The position numbers were made by a program, and so were the translations under genes. From the IMG/VR virus record IMGVR_UViG_3300042197_004075, positions 11,061 through 75,060 of that record: 64,000 nt of DNA; one strand, given 5' to 3'. Shown piece by piece: positions 8,845 to 19,642 of the stretch. Source of the DNA: a virus. Each line of letters opens with the position of its first letter. The first letter of the stretch is position 1. The notes below the pieces were generated by a model. The model had not been told where the DNA came from, made no database searches, and was given only the letters and a program-made list of their open reading frames with translations.

Positions 8845-9363
8845 CTATTTTTTAAAGACTGCTACACCCCTGTGTGCGTAAAATCCATCATAAAGTTTTT
8901 TTTCACCCTCTGTGGATAATATTATTTTCGATTTATACTTTGACATCATTCTTGCTGATTCTTTTCTTGCTGAGTCATGAAGTACAATCGTACCATCATT
9001 AGATATTAAATCAAATGCTAGATCCAAGCAAGCATCTCGATAATTACCATCAACAAGAATAAATTCATATTTTTTATTTTTTGGTCTATTTATGTAGTTA
9101 CTTTCTGTTTTTTCAAGTATTAATGTTACTTTTGATGAAACAACATTTTTAATCAATGCATAGTGACTTGGACAATGTTCTATAGAGTACCAATTTTGTA
9201 CTGACTGATTTTGTATCGGAAAATATAAAGTTGAATTACCTGAACCCCATTCTAAACAATTTGTATATTTATTATCTGTTAATATATCATTGATGATTCT
9301 AATTTCAGAATCAGCCATCATAGGAAGAGAACCAACACAATCTTTTAATTTTTTTACACTCAT
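8845..9363 (-). CDS. class I SAM-dependent methyltransferase
   Basis: LEWGSGNST, SIEH, ILVDG, VLHD. Confidence 0.85.
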   Translation of the reverse strand: MSVKKLKDCVGSLPMMADSEIRIINDILTDNKYTNCLEWGSGNSTLYFPIQNQSVQNWYSIEHCPSHYALIKNVVSSKVTLILEKTESNYINRPKNKKYEFILVDGNYRDACLDLAFDLISNDGTIVLHDSARKESARMMSKYKSKIILSTEGEKKLYDGFYAHRGVAVFKK

Positions 9364-9375
9364 AATATGTATTTA

Positions 9376-10785
9376 TTATTTTATTTCAATACTATGACCT
9401 TCTTTTTCAAGAATTTTGATTCTTTTTTTAGAATGTTTTTTTAGATATGGGTTATTTTCAAATAGAAAGTCAATATAAAGAACTGCGTCTTTGTCATCAG
9501 CTGTCCTGAGACCTCGACCCATGCGCTGAATGATTAAATGATCGGCTTGACCACCAGCAGCATTAATAAGATTGTGGATTTTAACATTGATTCCAGTATT
9601 GAATATTTGTTGAGTGGCTATTGCGATACAACTATGTTTTGAAGTTTGCAACATATCAATTACTTGTTTGCGAGTTTCATTATTATCTTGACCAGTAATC
9701 CAATAAGCATTAGGTATTAAAGTTTTTAGATTGTCTCCATGTGCAATTCTATCAACTAGGATAAGTGTTCTTCCAGTAAGATTAAGACATAAATCGTAAA
9801 CCTTTTTATGGAACAAACTATTTTTGACAATACCATTTTCGATAGCATCTTGATACAATTCGTATTGTAATTCAGGTTCGGAAATCTTATAGAAAATACA
9901 AGATGATTTTGATAACCTTCCTGTTTTTTGCAAATCTGATGTTTTAATAATACCTGTTTCGGTTGTATTGGTTTTGAAAAGTGGGCCAAAATATCCTTTT
10001 ACCAAATATTTGTGTACCTTATCTGATTCTCCATATTTGAATGGTGTTGCGCTTAATCCAATTCGCATACTTGCACTTTTAAGTTGTTTATAGATTTCTT
10101 TTGATTGTGCGCTAACCATTTCATGTACTTCATCAACAATAAGCACCTTGATATTTTTTAATTTGTCACCAAGATGATGTGCGCTTTGAACAGTCGCCAC
10201 AGTAATTGTGTTAGGATTTACTGAATTACCCCATAATGTTCCAGCATTAGAAACCTTCCATCTTAACATTTCTTCATAGTTTTGAATTGCTAAATCTTTT
10301 TTGTTCTGTAGCAATAAAACAGATTGTCCTTCTTTAATAGACTTAATAATACTAGCTAGGATAAAACTTTTACCAGAACCTGTAGGAGCATAAACAATAC
10401 CACGCTTGTATTGTAAAGCTTGATTTACAAGATCAACTTGATAATCAGTTAGTTCAATTTTAGAAGAATAGTCTATAGTTTGTAAATAATTTTTATCTAT
10501 AGTATTGTGTAATAATTCTATAGATACTGAATTGTTAATTATTTGTGGTATTTCGTTAAATTTTTTAATAGCTGTTACGACTTCAGGTAGTATTCCAGTT
10601 AGGAATTTACCTGTTTTATTACTGAAAAAATTAACATAACCATCCCATTTTTTTTGTTTATATAATGGATGAAAGTGGTATCCTTTTTGCCTGAATCTTA
10701 GGTTGGCATACAAATATTCCATTAATTCAGCATTATCAGTTTCTATTTGTGATTGATCGTTATTAATTGTTAATTTTATAGACAT
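9376..10785 (-). CDS. uvsW: UvsW-like SF2 helicase
   Basis: KKWDG, APTGSGKS, DEVH, GLSAT, QRMGRGLR. Confidence 0.9.
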   Translation of the reverse strand: MSIKLTINNDQSQIETDNAELMEYLYANLRFRQKGYHFHPLYKQKKWDGYVNFFSNKTGKFLTGILPEVVTAIKKFNEIPQIINNSVSIELLHNTIDKNYLQTIDYSSKIELTDYQVDLVNQALQYKRGIVYAPTGSGKSFILASIIKSIKEGQSVLLLQNKKDLAIQNYEEMLRWKVSNAGTLWGNSVNPNTITVATVQSAHHLGDKLKNIKVLIVDEVHEMVSAQSKEIYKQLKSASMRIGLSATPFKYGESDKVHKYLVKGYFGPLFKTNTTETGIIKTSDLQKTGRLSKSSCIFYKISEPELQYELYQDAIENGIVKNSLFHKKVYDLCLNLTGRTLILVDRIAHGDNLKTLIPNAYWITGQDNNETRKQVIDMLQTSKHSCIAIATQQIFNTGINVKIHNLINAAGGQADHLIIQRMGRGLRTADDKDAVLYIDFLFENNPYLKKHSKKRIKILEKEGHSIEIK

Positions 10786-11862
10786 TTATTTGTACCATAT
10801 AATTTTTGACTCAGCCCTACTTGCAGCGGTGTAATTCCATCTGTTTTGTTCCCACAACGAACTTGGTTCCTCAAAGACTGCAATTGAATCAAACTGATCA
10901 CCTTGCGCCTTGTGGCATGTGATTGCATAGGCGTAATCCATTATGATTGCTTCATTCCTATAATAATCTAGTAGATCTTGTGGTATTTTTTCGAGATTAA
11001 ATGTCTCTGGTGCGTATGTGAGTTTTTTAGCCAACCATCCATCAAACTGTAAATCTACAGTTGAATGATTACCATCTTTTGAAATATTTTTTATGACACC
11101 TTGTTGTCCATTAAATACACCATGCGTTCTATTATTTTTTAGTACGATGATTTTATCTTCAACAAATGGATGGTCAGGTAATTTTAAATATGAACGAATT
11201 TTATTGTTCAAAAAAATTCTTGTTTTATTGTACGCACAAATTATTTGCTCTACAGAAATTAAGTCAGACAAAATCGCATCTTGTTTTTTCATTATTCTTA
11301 CATCATCGTTGTAAGATTTGAAGTCGAAAGCATTTCTACCTTGGCGTAGATGATCTGCAAAATGTGCAATTATACCCGCATTTCGATGGATAGTTTCCAA
11401 CTTGTAGTCGGGGTTTGACATAATGTTGAATTTGGCATTACCAATAGGAGGAAGTTGACCATGATCGCCAACAAAAATAATCGGCTTTTTGAAAGAACTT
11501 AAATCATTAAATAATTCTTCACTTATCATACTAGATTCATCAATTATAAATCCTCTTGCATTTAAACTTCTTGGTTTTTTCAAATTGTAACTAATTTTGT
11601 CATTTTCATTCACTTCAACATTATAAATTGTGCTGTGTATTGTTTCCGCTTCATATATCTGTTTTCTTCTTAATATGTTTGTAGCTTTTCCCGTAAAGGC
11701 ACACACTTTATAATTTGATAAATTTTTAAGCAATTCTTGTATAATTGTTGTCTTGCCGGTTCCAGCATAACCACCAAGAGATACAATTTTTTTAGTTTTT
11801 ATATCACCTAGAATATTTTTTATAACAGCAACTTGTTCATCTGTATATTCGACGCTTGACAT
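10786..11862 (-). CDS. Dda/RecD-like SF1B helicase
   Basis: GYAGTGKT, TIHS, DESSM, GDHGQLPP, YAITCHKAQG; start at ATG 11862. Confidence 0.9.
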   Translation of the reverse strand: MSSVEYTDEQVAVIKNILGDIKTKKIVSLGGYAGTGKTTIIQELLKNLSNYKVCAFTGKATNILRRKQIYEAETIHSTIYNVEVNENDKISYNLKKPRSLNARGFIIDESSMISEELFNDLSSFKKPIIFVGDHGQLPPIGNAKFNIMSNPDYKLETIHRNAGIIAHFADHLRQGRNAFDFKSYNDDVRIMKKQDAILSDLISVEQIICAYNKTRIFLNNKIRSYLKLPDHPFVEDKIIVLKNNRTHGVFNGQQGVIKNISKDGNHSTVDLQFDGWLAKKLTYAPETFNLEKIPQDLLDYYRNEAIIMDYAYAITCHKAQGDQFDSIAVFEEPSSLWEQNRWNYTAASRAESKIIWYK

Positions 11863-11988
11863 AATTGTTGGTCCCGCTTGAATTTTCTTTATTATAAACG
11901 AAAAATCTGTTAAATAAAGAAAAATAATGTTGTATCTTAGAAATTCTTCTGCGAACAATAAATAATAGGTCTAGATATAGGAGTTGAG

Positions 11989-12171
11989 ATGAAATCAGAC
12001 GAAGAGTTCATTGACAACACATATCAAAAAATCTGTGATACAGATAAAAATCTTGATAAGTTGCAAGAAAGACAGTCTTATCTAGATAATATGCTTGATG
12101 CATTATTAGGTCTGAAAAAAGAAAATATTATTACAAAACAAATTAGTGTTAAAAAACCAGCCCACTTATAA
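11989..12171 (+). CDS. small hypothetical protein
   Basis: 60 aa, AGGAG RBS. Confidence 0.55.
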   Translation: MKSDEEFIDNTYQKICDTDKNLDKLQERQSYLDNMLDALLGLKKENIITKQISVKKPAHL

Positions 12172-12588
12172 TTATATTCTATTTTTAACATTTAAATAGA
12201 ATAAATAACTATCTTTCCCACCGGGTTTTAAGCTTTTTGCATTTTGTCTATAATCAATTACAAGTTTTGTTTTTTCACTTTCATACATCAAAATATCTTT
12301 CAATCGTGATAAAACTGTAGTAATAAATTCTTTTGATCCAGTAATACGAATTCCGTCTTCTTGAATTGTAGTTCCTTTGTGGGTTGCCTCAATTGGTCGT
12401 AATGCTAATGGAATACTTGGAGCTATAGTTTGCCAAAATTTAAGTGTCTCTTTTTTGCTTGCTTTCCATGGCTTTAATTTTCTTGCATAAAAAGAATAAG
12501 GAGTTGGCGCAGAAACAGGAGCAACATCTGCTGTTGTTGATGTCGGAGCAAAATCAACTTCTTCCAAAAATTGGTAAAAACTTTTCAT
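12172..12588 (-). CDS. putative internal head protein
   Basis: MKSFYQFLEE leader. Confidence 0.7.
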   Translation of the reverse strand: MKSFYQFLEEVDFAPTSTTADVAPVSAPTPYSFYARKLKPWKASKKETLKFWQTIAPSIPLALRPIEATHKGTTIQEDGIRITGSKEFITTVLSRLKDILMYESEKTKLVIDYRQNAKSLKPGGKDSYLFYLNVKNRI

Positions 12589-12594
12589 TTGTAA

Positions 12595-12600
12595 TATATA
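12595..12600. promoter_or_regulatory. palindromic TATATA box, putative bidirectional late promoter
   Basis: Exactly 6 nt from both divergent ATGs (12588 and 12607). Confidence 0.55.
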
Positions 12601-12606
12601 TTCAAT

Positions 12607-13011
12607 ATGATATCAATTTATGAATATAGAATTAAAAATAACTTGTTTATGGAAGAGGATGCACCAGCGGGGGGCGCACCAACACCCGCAGCTGGAGGAG
12701 ATGCAGGAGGATTAGGTGGAGGCGCACCACCACCGGCAGCTGGAGGAGATGCAGGAGGACTTGGTGGAGGTTTAGGTGGAGGGTTAGGAGGTGGAGGGCC
12801 AACACCACCGGCACCTGATATGGGTGGTGGTTTAGGAGGTGGATTAGGTGGAGCGGTGGGGGCTGGAGGGGCTGTATCTGATATAACAACAAAACTAGAG
12901 ATATATAATTGGGATTCAATATTACAAGAATATTTCAGAAATAAAGACAAAGAATCTGATGAAAAAAAGGATCGGGATACTATCAAGAGATTATCTTCAC
13001 AGTTTTTTTAA
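12607..13011 (+). CDS. Gly/Pro-rich low-complexity protein
   Basis: GGLGG and PAAGGDAGG repeats; MISIYEY...FMEE leader. Confidence 0.7.
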   Translation: MISIYEYRIKNNLFMEEDAPAGGAPTPAAGGDAGGLGGGAPPPAAGGDAGGLGGGLGGGLGGGGPTPPAPDMGGGLGGGLGGAVGAGGAVSDITTKLEIYNWDSILQEYFRNKDKESDEKKDRDTIKRLSSQFF

Positions 13012-13065
13012 ACTTGATTTTTTGACCTGATCAGTTATATTTTCTTAAGCCAAGAGGGCATTCAT

Positions 13066-14160
13066 GTGACAGTAAGTAGTTTTCTTCTATTTACAGATTT
13101 ACACGCACATCCACATAAAAAATCTGAGCAAAGACTCAATGATTGTTTGGAAACTCTTAAATGGGTGTTTGAAACAGCTAAAAAAAATAATATTAAAAAT
13201 ATATTGTTTGGTGGCGATTTTTTCCACGATAGAAACAAAATTGATCTGCTTACTTGTCATCAAACATTTAGTTTGATGAAAAATTATCTAGATGGAAGCA
13301 TAAATTTATATCTTGTTTTAGGAAATCATGATCTATGGTACTACGAAAAAACATCAGTAAGCGCAGTTACCATGTTTTCTTCTTTGCCAAATGTAACTAT
13401 TATTGATAAACCGCAATCTATGCGTATAGATGGTATCAAATGGCACTTGATACCTTTTACTCATGATCCAACAAATACATTACAAGCACTTGATTCAGAT
13501 ATCGATGATAAGACATTTTTGTTAGGTCATTTGGCTATTGATGGTGCTAGGCTGAATAGTGCTGGAAGTATTTCGGAAGTTGAAATTGAACATGATGGAG
13601 ATATGATTAAAATAAACAAGTCTTTGTTTTCACGATATAAATCTGCATTTTTGGGGCACTATCACGGATATCAGACTTTATCAAAAAATCTTGAATACAT
13701 TGGAAGTCCGCTTCAATTATCATTTGGAGAAGCTAATGAAACAAAACATATTCTGCATCTTAAAATTGAAGATACAGGAGAATATCAAAAAGAATATATT
13801 GAAAATGAATTTAGCCCAAGACATTATTGTGGTACATCCGAGCAACTATTACTTATTCCTAAAAAATTCCTAGAAAAAGCATTTATTACTTTGATTTCAT
13901 CACATGAAAATAAACAAGATATTGCTCAAGAAATAGAAGAGCTTGAAAAATCTGGAATTAAAACAATAAAAGTAAAAAAACAAGTAGAAAAAGACTCTGC
14001 CGAAGATACAAGCACAGTACAAACATCAAAGTCAATTCTTGAGAATACAGAAACCATGGTTGAACAATATGTTAAACATTTAAATCCTACAGCTGATCAT
14101 GAAAAATTAATCAAAATTGGTAAAATTATAGTATCTGCGACAAATCTGGAGGATGAGTAA
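13066..14160 (+). CDS. gp47 / Mre11-SbcD nuclease
   Basis: DLH, GDFFH, GNHD, GHL, GHYH, GSPLQLSFGE. Confidence 0.93.
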   Translation: MTVSSFLLFTDLHAHPHKKSEQRLNDCLETLKWVFETAKKNNIKNILFGGDFFHDRNKIDLLTCHQTFSLMKNYLDGSINLYLVLGNHDLWYYEKTSVSAVTMFSSLPNVTIIDKPQSMRIDGIKWHLIPFTHDPTNTLQALDSDIDDKTFLLGHLAIDGARLNSAGSISEVEIEHDGDMIKINKSLFSRYKSAFLGHYHGYQTLSKNLEYIGSPLQLSFGEANETKHILHLKIEDTGEYQKEYIENEFSPRHYCGTSEQLLLIPKKFLEKAFITLISSHENKQDIAQEIEELEKSGIKTIKVKKQVEKDSAEDTSTVQTSKSILENTETMVEQYVKHLNPTADHEKLIKIGKIIVSATNLEDE

Positions 14161-16169
14161 TGCACAAGATAAAGTTTAAGAAATTAGTTATTCAAAACTT
14201 CTTGTGCTTTGGCAAGGAAGCAACAATAATTGATTTTGACAATTTAAATAAAGTTATTTTAGTTAAGGGTCAAAATCTCGATACAATTTCGGATATTGAT
14301 GATAATACAAGCAGTAATGGATCTGGTAAAAGTTCTATACTTGATGCATTTATTTATGCTTTATTTGGCAAAACAGTCAAAAATCCAAAAAAAATTGGTG
14401 CGAAAGATGTTATTAATAATATTATTGGCAAAAAAATGGTTCTTGAAATTTATTTTGACGATTATAAAATACAACGAACTAGAAAGCCTGATAGTTTAAA
14501 ATTTTGGAAATGTCCTGAAGGTAAGTTTGATGATGCCTCTGAACTTACAAGAGGTGAAATGCGACAAACCCAAGCCCTTATTGAATCAGTTCTAGGTTTT
14601 TCCTATGATACAATGAAATCAATTTGTGTCTTTACAGATAATAATTCAGATAGTTATTTAGAATCATCAGCACAAGAAAGAAGAAATATCATTGAAAATC
14701 TTTTAGGTTTAGAAAAATATAGAAAATTTCACGAAAAAACAAAAGAATTTATTAAAGAAAATAAATCAGATATACAAATAAAAAATAGTGCTAAAGACAG
14801 TATTGTTCTTTTGAACACTTCTAATAAACTTAATTTACAAACTTATCAAGAACAAAAACAAAATTGGAAAACTCAAATACAGAATGATATAGATAAATAT
14901 GAACTTGAAATAAATATGCATAAAAAGCATATTGAGAATATCTATAGCAATAATACAGAACTTCAGAAATATAATGAAGCTCAAAACGAAATTGTAAACA
15001 AGGAAGATTTGCTATCAACACAAAAAACCAAGCTGGAGTTTCACGAAGATTTAGTAAATAAGATTCAAGAAAAGGCTGTTGAAATTGTTAAATCTATTCA
15101 AGATTTAAAAGATGGACTTACACCTATTACAACAGAAATGGCCGTATTAAATAATGATCTGAAAAATATAGATATAATAATCAATAAAATACAAAATTTA
15201 TCTGATGGGGTGCAATGTCAGCATTGTTTCAATAATGTTTCCCATAAAAATTGCTCTACAATTTTATCAGATAAACTTCAAGAAAAAAATGTCATTGATA
15301 AGATTATTATTGATAAAGCACAAATTATTGAACATACTAAACAGTCAATTCAAGAAAAGCTGAACGATCATAAACAAGCTAATGATGTTGCAAAAACAAA
15401 TACATTAATAATCAAAAATATTAAAGATAATATTTTAAAATTTGAAAAAGAGATTGCTGAACTACGCAAAATTCAAAAACCTGAAACAGCTACTATGGTT
15501 GATCTCATCAATAACAAAATTACCTCTCTAAAAATTTCTGTAATTGAGAAACAATCAACACTCAATAAAAAATCTCCATATTGTGATTTGATTGATCAAG
15601 TTACAAAGCAAATTGAAGATGAGAACACTAAAATAAAAACTATTGAATTGGATATATCTGATCTTAAAAATAAAGCTGAGTTATATGATTTTTGGCTTGA
15701 AGCTTTCAGCGAAAAGGGCATAAGAAAATTTATTATTGAACAAATTCTTCCTGTTCTTAATAAGACAATTGAAGAAATGTTGGATATTTTAATTGATGGC
15801 AAATTAACATTAATTTTTGATAGTGAATTTAGTGAAAAAATTAGTAAATTTCCTGAATTGGTTGAAATGCCTTATGACTTATTAAGCAACGGCCAAAAGA
15901 GAAGAATTAATCTTGCGTTGTCTCAAGCTTTCGCATATGTGAGACAACTAAATGTCGGAAATTATCCTAGTGTTATGTTTCTTGACGAAGTTTCAATAAA
16001 TATGGACAGTCAAGGAAATCAGGCTATTTACAATCTCATAAATGATATAAGCAAAGAAAAACAGGTATTTGTGACAACTCATGATAGTGAACTTCAACAG
16101 CTGATTTATGGTGGTAACTGTGACAATATCTTGGTTCAAATGAAAGATGGATTCTCAAAAATAGTATAA
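14160..16169 (+). CDS. gp46 / Rad50-SbcC ATPase
   Basis: NGSGKS, coiled coil with CQHC hook, LSNGQ, LDE, TTH. Confidence 0.93.
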   Translation: MHKIKFKKLVIQNFLCFGKEATIIDFDNLNKVILVKGQNLDTISDIDDNTSSNGSGKSSILDAFIYALFGKTVKNPKKIGAKDVINNIIGKKMVLEIYFDDYKIQRTRKPDSLKFWKCPEGKFDDASELTRGEMRQTQALIESVLGFSYDTMKSICVFTDNNSDSYLESSAQERRNIIENLLGLEKYRKFHEKTKEFIKENKSDIQIKNSAKDSIVLLNTSNKLNLQTYQEQKQNWKTQIQNDIDKYELEINMHKKHIENIYSNNTELQKYNEAQNEIVNKEDLLSTQKTKLEFHEDLVNKIQEKAVEIVKSIQDLKDGLTPITTEMAVLNNDLKNIDIIINKIQNLSDGVQCQHCFNNVSHKNCSTILSDKLQEKNVIDKIIIDKAQIIEHTKQSIQEKLNDHKQANDVAKTNTLIIKNIKDNILKFEKEIAELRKIQKPETATMVDLINNKITSLKISVIEKQSTLNKKSPYCDLIDQVTKQIEDENTKIKTIELDISDLKNKAELYDFWLEAFSEKGIRKFIIEQILPVLNKTIEEMLDILIDGKLTLIFDSEFSEKISKFPELVEMPYDLLSNGQKRRINLALSQAFAYVRQLNVGNYPSVMFLDEVSINMDSQGNQAIYNLINDISKEKQVFVTTHDSELQQLIYGGNCDNILVQMKDGFSKIV

Positions 16170-16212
16170 ATTTGACTATAATTAGGCCTTAAAATCCCGT
16201 TACTATTTTTTC

Positions 16213-16240
16213 TTGATTTTTTCTTAAAGATTGCTACACT
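16213..16240 (+). promoter_or_regulatory. sigma-70-like promoter for RNR
   Basis: TTGATT-N16-TACACT with TG extension. Confidence 0.4.
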
Positions 16241-16287
16241 AATGGATACATAATTTTTCAAGCGTAAAAAAATTAGTTGGGGGAATC

Positions 16288-19200
16288 ATGACACTAAAAG
16301 CTTTAGCTGATTATACATTTATTTCTCGTTATGCAAGATACAATAAAGATCTTAAAAGAAGGGAAAGTTATCACGAAGCAATTGATCGTGTCAAAAATAT
16401 GCATCTTGAAAAATATCCAATGGCTAAAGCAGAAATTGAATTTGCATTTAAACATGTTCATGAAAAATTAGTTTTAGGTTCACAAAGAGCGTTACAATTT
16501 GGTGGGAAACCAATATTAAATAAAATGGCGAGAATTTACAATTGCTCGGCAGGGTATTGTGATCGAGTAAGGTTTTTTCAGGAAGCCACATGGCTTTTGC
16601 TCTGTGGTGTAGGTGTAGGCGTTAGTGTTACAAAAAATCATATTGCAAAGTTGCCTGATTTTCATACAAACCTTGAAAAACCATCTGATTTTGATACTGC
16701 CAAAACATTTGTGATTGAGGACAGCATCGAAGGATGGTCAGACGCATTTGGTGTGCTTTTAGCGTCTTATATGCCACACGATGAATTTAATGCTTATCAT
16801 GGTCGGTATGTAGAATTTGATTACAGTAAAATTAGGCCCAAGGGATCAGCCCTGTCTTATGGGGTTGGCAAGGCACCCGGCCCTGATCCATTAAAAGCAA
16901 GTCTTGAAAAATGCAGACAAGTTTTGAATACTTGTTTGACTAATAATCAAAGAAGACTTAGACCAATTGATGCAATGGATATTCTTCTTCATGCATCAGA
17001 TTGTGTTATATCTGGCGGAATTCGTAGATCTGCTGTCATTGTTTTGTTTTCAAAAGATGACATGGAAATGATGACCGCAAAAACAGGAGATTGGTATTAT
17101 ACTAATCCGCAAAGAGCAAGAAGTAATAATAGTGTGTTGCTTGACAGAAAAACAACAACTTCTGAAGAATATCACCAACTTTTTGCATCAGCAAAGCAAT
17201 TTGGTGAACCCGGAATTGTTTGGACTGATTGTGTTGAAGAACAATTATTTAATCCTTGTGTTACATCAGATACAACAGTAGTTACAAAAAATGGAATTGT
17301 TCAAGTAAAAGAATTAGTTGGACAAAAGTTTGATGCACTTGTTGATGGAAAAATTTATTCATCAACACAAGAAGGTTTTTGGAAAACAGGAACTAAAGAT
17401 GTAATTAAATTAACATTTGCATCAGGAAGAGAATTGAAACTTACATCAAATCATAAGGTAATGACATTAGACGGATGGAAAGAAGCTGGAGAAATTTCGT
17501 TTGAAGATGAAATTGTGATACATGATCATTCAGAAAACAATTCAATTAGTGTAGATAAATTTTCAAAATCTTACGCACAAGGTTATTTACTTGGATCTTT
17601 TATTGGAGATGGCAATACAACTGGTACAAAAGAAAGTGTCCAAGTAAAATGGTGGGGGAAAGATAGGTATAATTATAGAAAAGATGGTTGTGATTTATTG
17701 GAACAAGCAGAATGGCAAAATTGCCATCATAATAAAACAACAATTAATGATTGTAAAAATTCATATTGTTGTATAGAATCAAAAAAATTATTTAATTTTG
17801 CTAAAGAACAAGATTGTATTGTTGATGGTAAAAAATGTTTATCATTAAAAGCTATCCAAGGAAATTGGTCCTATCTAGCGGGAATTGTTACTGGATATTT
17901 TGATGCAGACGGAACAGTATTAGTCAAAAAACAAAAAGGGTCATCAATTAGACTAGCATCCGTTGATTTATCAAATTTAAAACATATACAATTAGTTCTA
18001 GGAGCTTTTGGAATATTTAGTAAAATATACCAAAATCGCAGGGCAGCAGGATTTTATGAATTGCCAGATGGACACGGAGGATCAAAACTCTACCCAGTTG
18101 AAGAAGCACATGAGTTGATTATTAGCAGAAATAGCATTGAAAAATATGCAAAACATATAGGCTTTAGAAACATAGATAAAAGCAATAAATTAAATAAAAT
18201 TTTATCAACAAGAGTTAGAGTGCCATACAGATCAAAATTTATTGATAAAGTTGTTAACAAAGAATTTATTGGAAAACATGATGTTTATGATTGCACTATA
18301 GACTCAATACACGCTTTTGATGCTAATGGCGTTTATGTTCATAATTGCAACGAAATTTCATTAAGAGGATATGACGAATCTGGTGACTCTGGTTTTCAAT
18401 TTTGTAATTTATCAGAAATTAATGGAAGCAAGCTTGTAAGTGCGGAACAGTTTGCTTTAGCTGCAAGAGTTGGAGCAATCGTTGGAACATTGCAAGCTGG
18501 ATATACAGATTTTGGTTACTTGGGCAAAGCAAGCGAAAATATCACAAGAAGAGAAGCACTTCTAGGTGTGTCTATTACGGGAATGATGGACAACCCAGAC
18601 ATTTGTTTCAACGCACAACTTCAGCGTGATATGGCACAATTAGTTATACAGACTAATAAAGAACTTGCTGCAAAAATAGGTATTAATCAAGCTGCAAGAT
18701 GCACAACAGTAAAGCCCGCCGGAAGCACTTCATGTCTGCTTGAGACGGCAAGTGGTATTCATCCTCATCATGCACATAGATATTTTAGACGAGTGCAAGC
18801 CAACAGTATGGAAGCACCAGTTCAATTATATAAAAATTATAATCCTGATGCTGTTGAATTATCTGTATGGTCTGCAAACAAGACTGATGATGTTATAACA
18901 TTTATGTGCGAAGTGCCAAATCATGCCTTGACTAAAGGCGATGTTGGTGCAATTAAACTACTTGAGTTTGTTAAATTAACTCAAGAAAACTGGATAGAGA
19001 GCGGAAAAGTAAAAGAACTTTGTGCGGCACCTTGGTTGTGCCATAATGTAAGCAACACAATTAATGTTGGTCCTGATGAGTGGGACGCTGTAGAAAATTT
19101 TATTTATAAAAATAAAGAATCATTTGCCGGGATATCATTGCTTGGCAACACAGGAGATCTTGATTATAATCAAGCTCCATTTACAAAAGTGCTAGAGTCT

Positions 19201-19641
19201 GACCAAATTCTTGAAAAATATGGTCATGGGTCTTTATTTGCATCTGGATTAATTGTAGATGCGCTTCATGCTTTTGATGACAATCTTTGGCAAGCATGTG
19301 ACGCATTGCTTGGGTATTTTGAAGTCAAGGCACCAATACCTCCAGAAAAACTCTGTGATAAAACTCTAAATGAACTTCAGGATAATTACAGAAAATATAA
19401 TATGAGAAATGATTGGATTAGACGAGCAAAGCAATTTGCTGAGAGATATCTGAAAAATGACACAAAAGAACTTACTTATATGCTTAAAGATGTCAACAAC
19501 ACAAAACAATGGCATGATCTTAAAAGGAGTCATGTTGAAGTAAACTATGAAAATTTGATTGAAGAAGATGATAATACAAAACTTGCTGAAACTATTGCTT
19601 GTTCTGGGCCAAATGGATGTGACCCATTCATGAGGTCTTAA
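16288..19641 (+). CDS. nrdJ: class II (B12-dependent) ribonucleotide reductase, intein-containing
   Basis: YNC, GVGVG, IEDSIEGW, GGIRRSA, RARSNNS, GEPG, NP|CNE, FCNL, KPAGS, C-terminal CSGPNGC. Confidence 0.93.
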   Translation: MTLKALADYTFISRYARYNKDLKRRESYHEAIDRVKNMHLEKYPMAKAEIEFAFKHVHEKLVLGSQRALQFGGKPILNKMARIYNCSAGYCDRVRFFQEATWLLLCGVGVGVSVTKNHIAKLPDFHTNLEKPSDFDTAKTFVIEDSIEGWSDAFGVLLASYMPHDEFNAYHGRYVEFDYSKIRPKGSALSYGVGKAPGPDPLKASLEKCRQVLNTCLTNNQRRLRPIDAMDILLHASDCVISGGIRRSAVIVLFSKDDMEMMTAKTGDWYYTNPQRARSNNSVLLDRKTTTSEEYHQLFASAKQFGEPGIVWTDCVEEQLFNPCVTSDTTVVTKNGIVQVKELVGQKFDALVDGKIYSSTQEGFWKTGTKDVIKLTFASGRELKLTSNHKVMTLDGWKEAGEISFEDEIVIHDHSENNSISVDKFSKSYAQGYLLGSFIGDGNTTGTKESVQVKWWGKDRYNYRKDGCDLLEQAEWQNCHHNKTTINDCKNSYCCIESKKLFNFAKEQDCIVDGKKCLSLKAIQGNWSYLAGIVTGYFDADGTVLVKKQKGSSIRLASVDLSNLKHIQLVLGAFGIFSKIYQNRRAAGFYELPDGHGGSKLYPVEEAHELIISRNSIEKYAKHIGFRNIDKSNKLNKILSTRVRVPYRSKFIDKVVNKEFIGKHDVYDCTIDSIHAFDANGVYVHNCNEISLRGYDESGDSGFQFCNLSEINGSKLVSAEQFALAARVGAIVGTLQAGYTDFGYLGKASENITRREALLGVSITGMMDNPDICFNAQLQRDMAQLVIQTNKELAAKIGINQAARCTTVKPAGSTSCLLETASGIHPHHAHRYFRRVQANSMEAPVQLYKNYNPDAVELSVWSANKTDDVITFMCEVPNHALTKGDVGAIKLLEFVKLTQENWIESGKVKELCAAPWLCHNVSNTINVGPDEWDAVENFIYKNKESFAGISLLGNTGDLDYNQAPFTKVLESDQILEKYGHGSLFASGLIVDALHAFDDNLWQACDALLGYFEVKAPIPPEKLCDKTLNELQDNYRKYNMRNDWIRRAKQFAERYLKNDTKELTYMLKDVNNTKQWHDLKRSHVEVNYENLIEEDDNTKLAETIACSGPNGCDPFMRS
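17257..18345 (+). mobile_element. intein with LAGLIDADG homing endonuclease (363 aa)
   Basis: Starts CVTSDT, block B LTSNHKV, LLGSFIGDG and VTGYFDADG motifs, ends VHN before Cys+1. Confidence 0.93.
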
Positions 19642-19642
19642 C

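Noticed and set aside
12618-12986. Pro-rich antisense ORFs
   Set aside because: Shadow of the Gly-rich plus-strand gene
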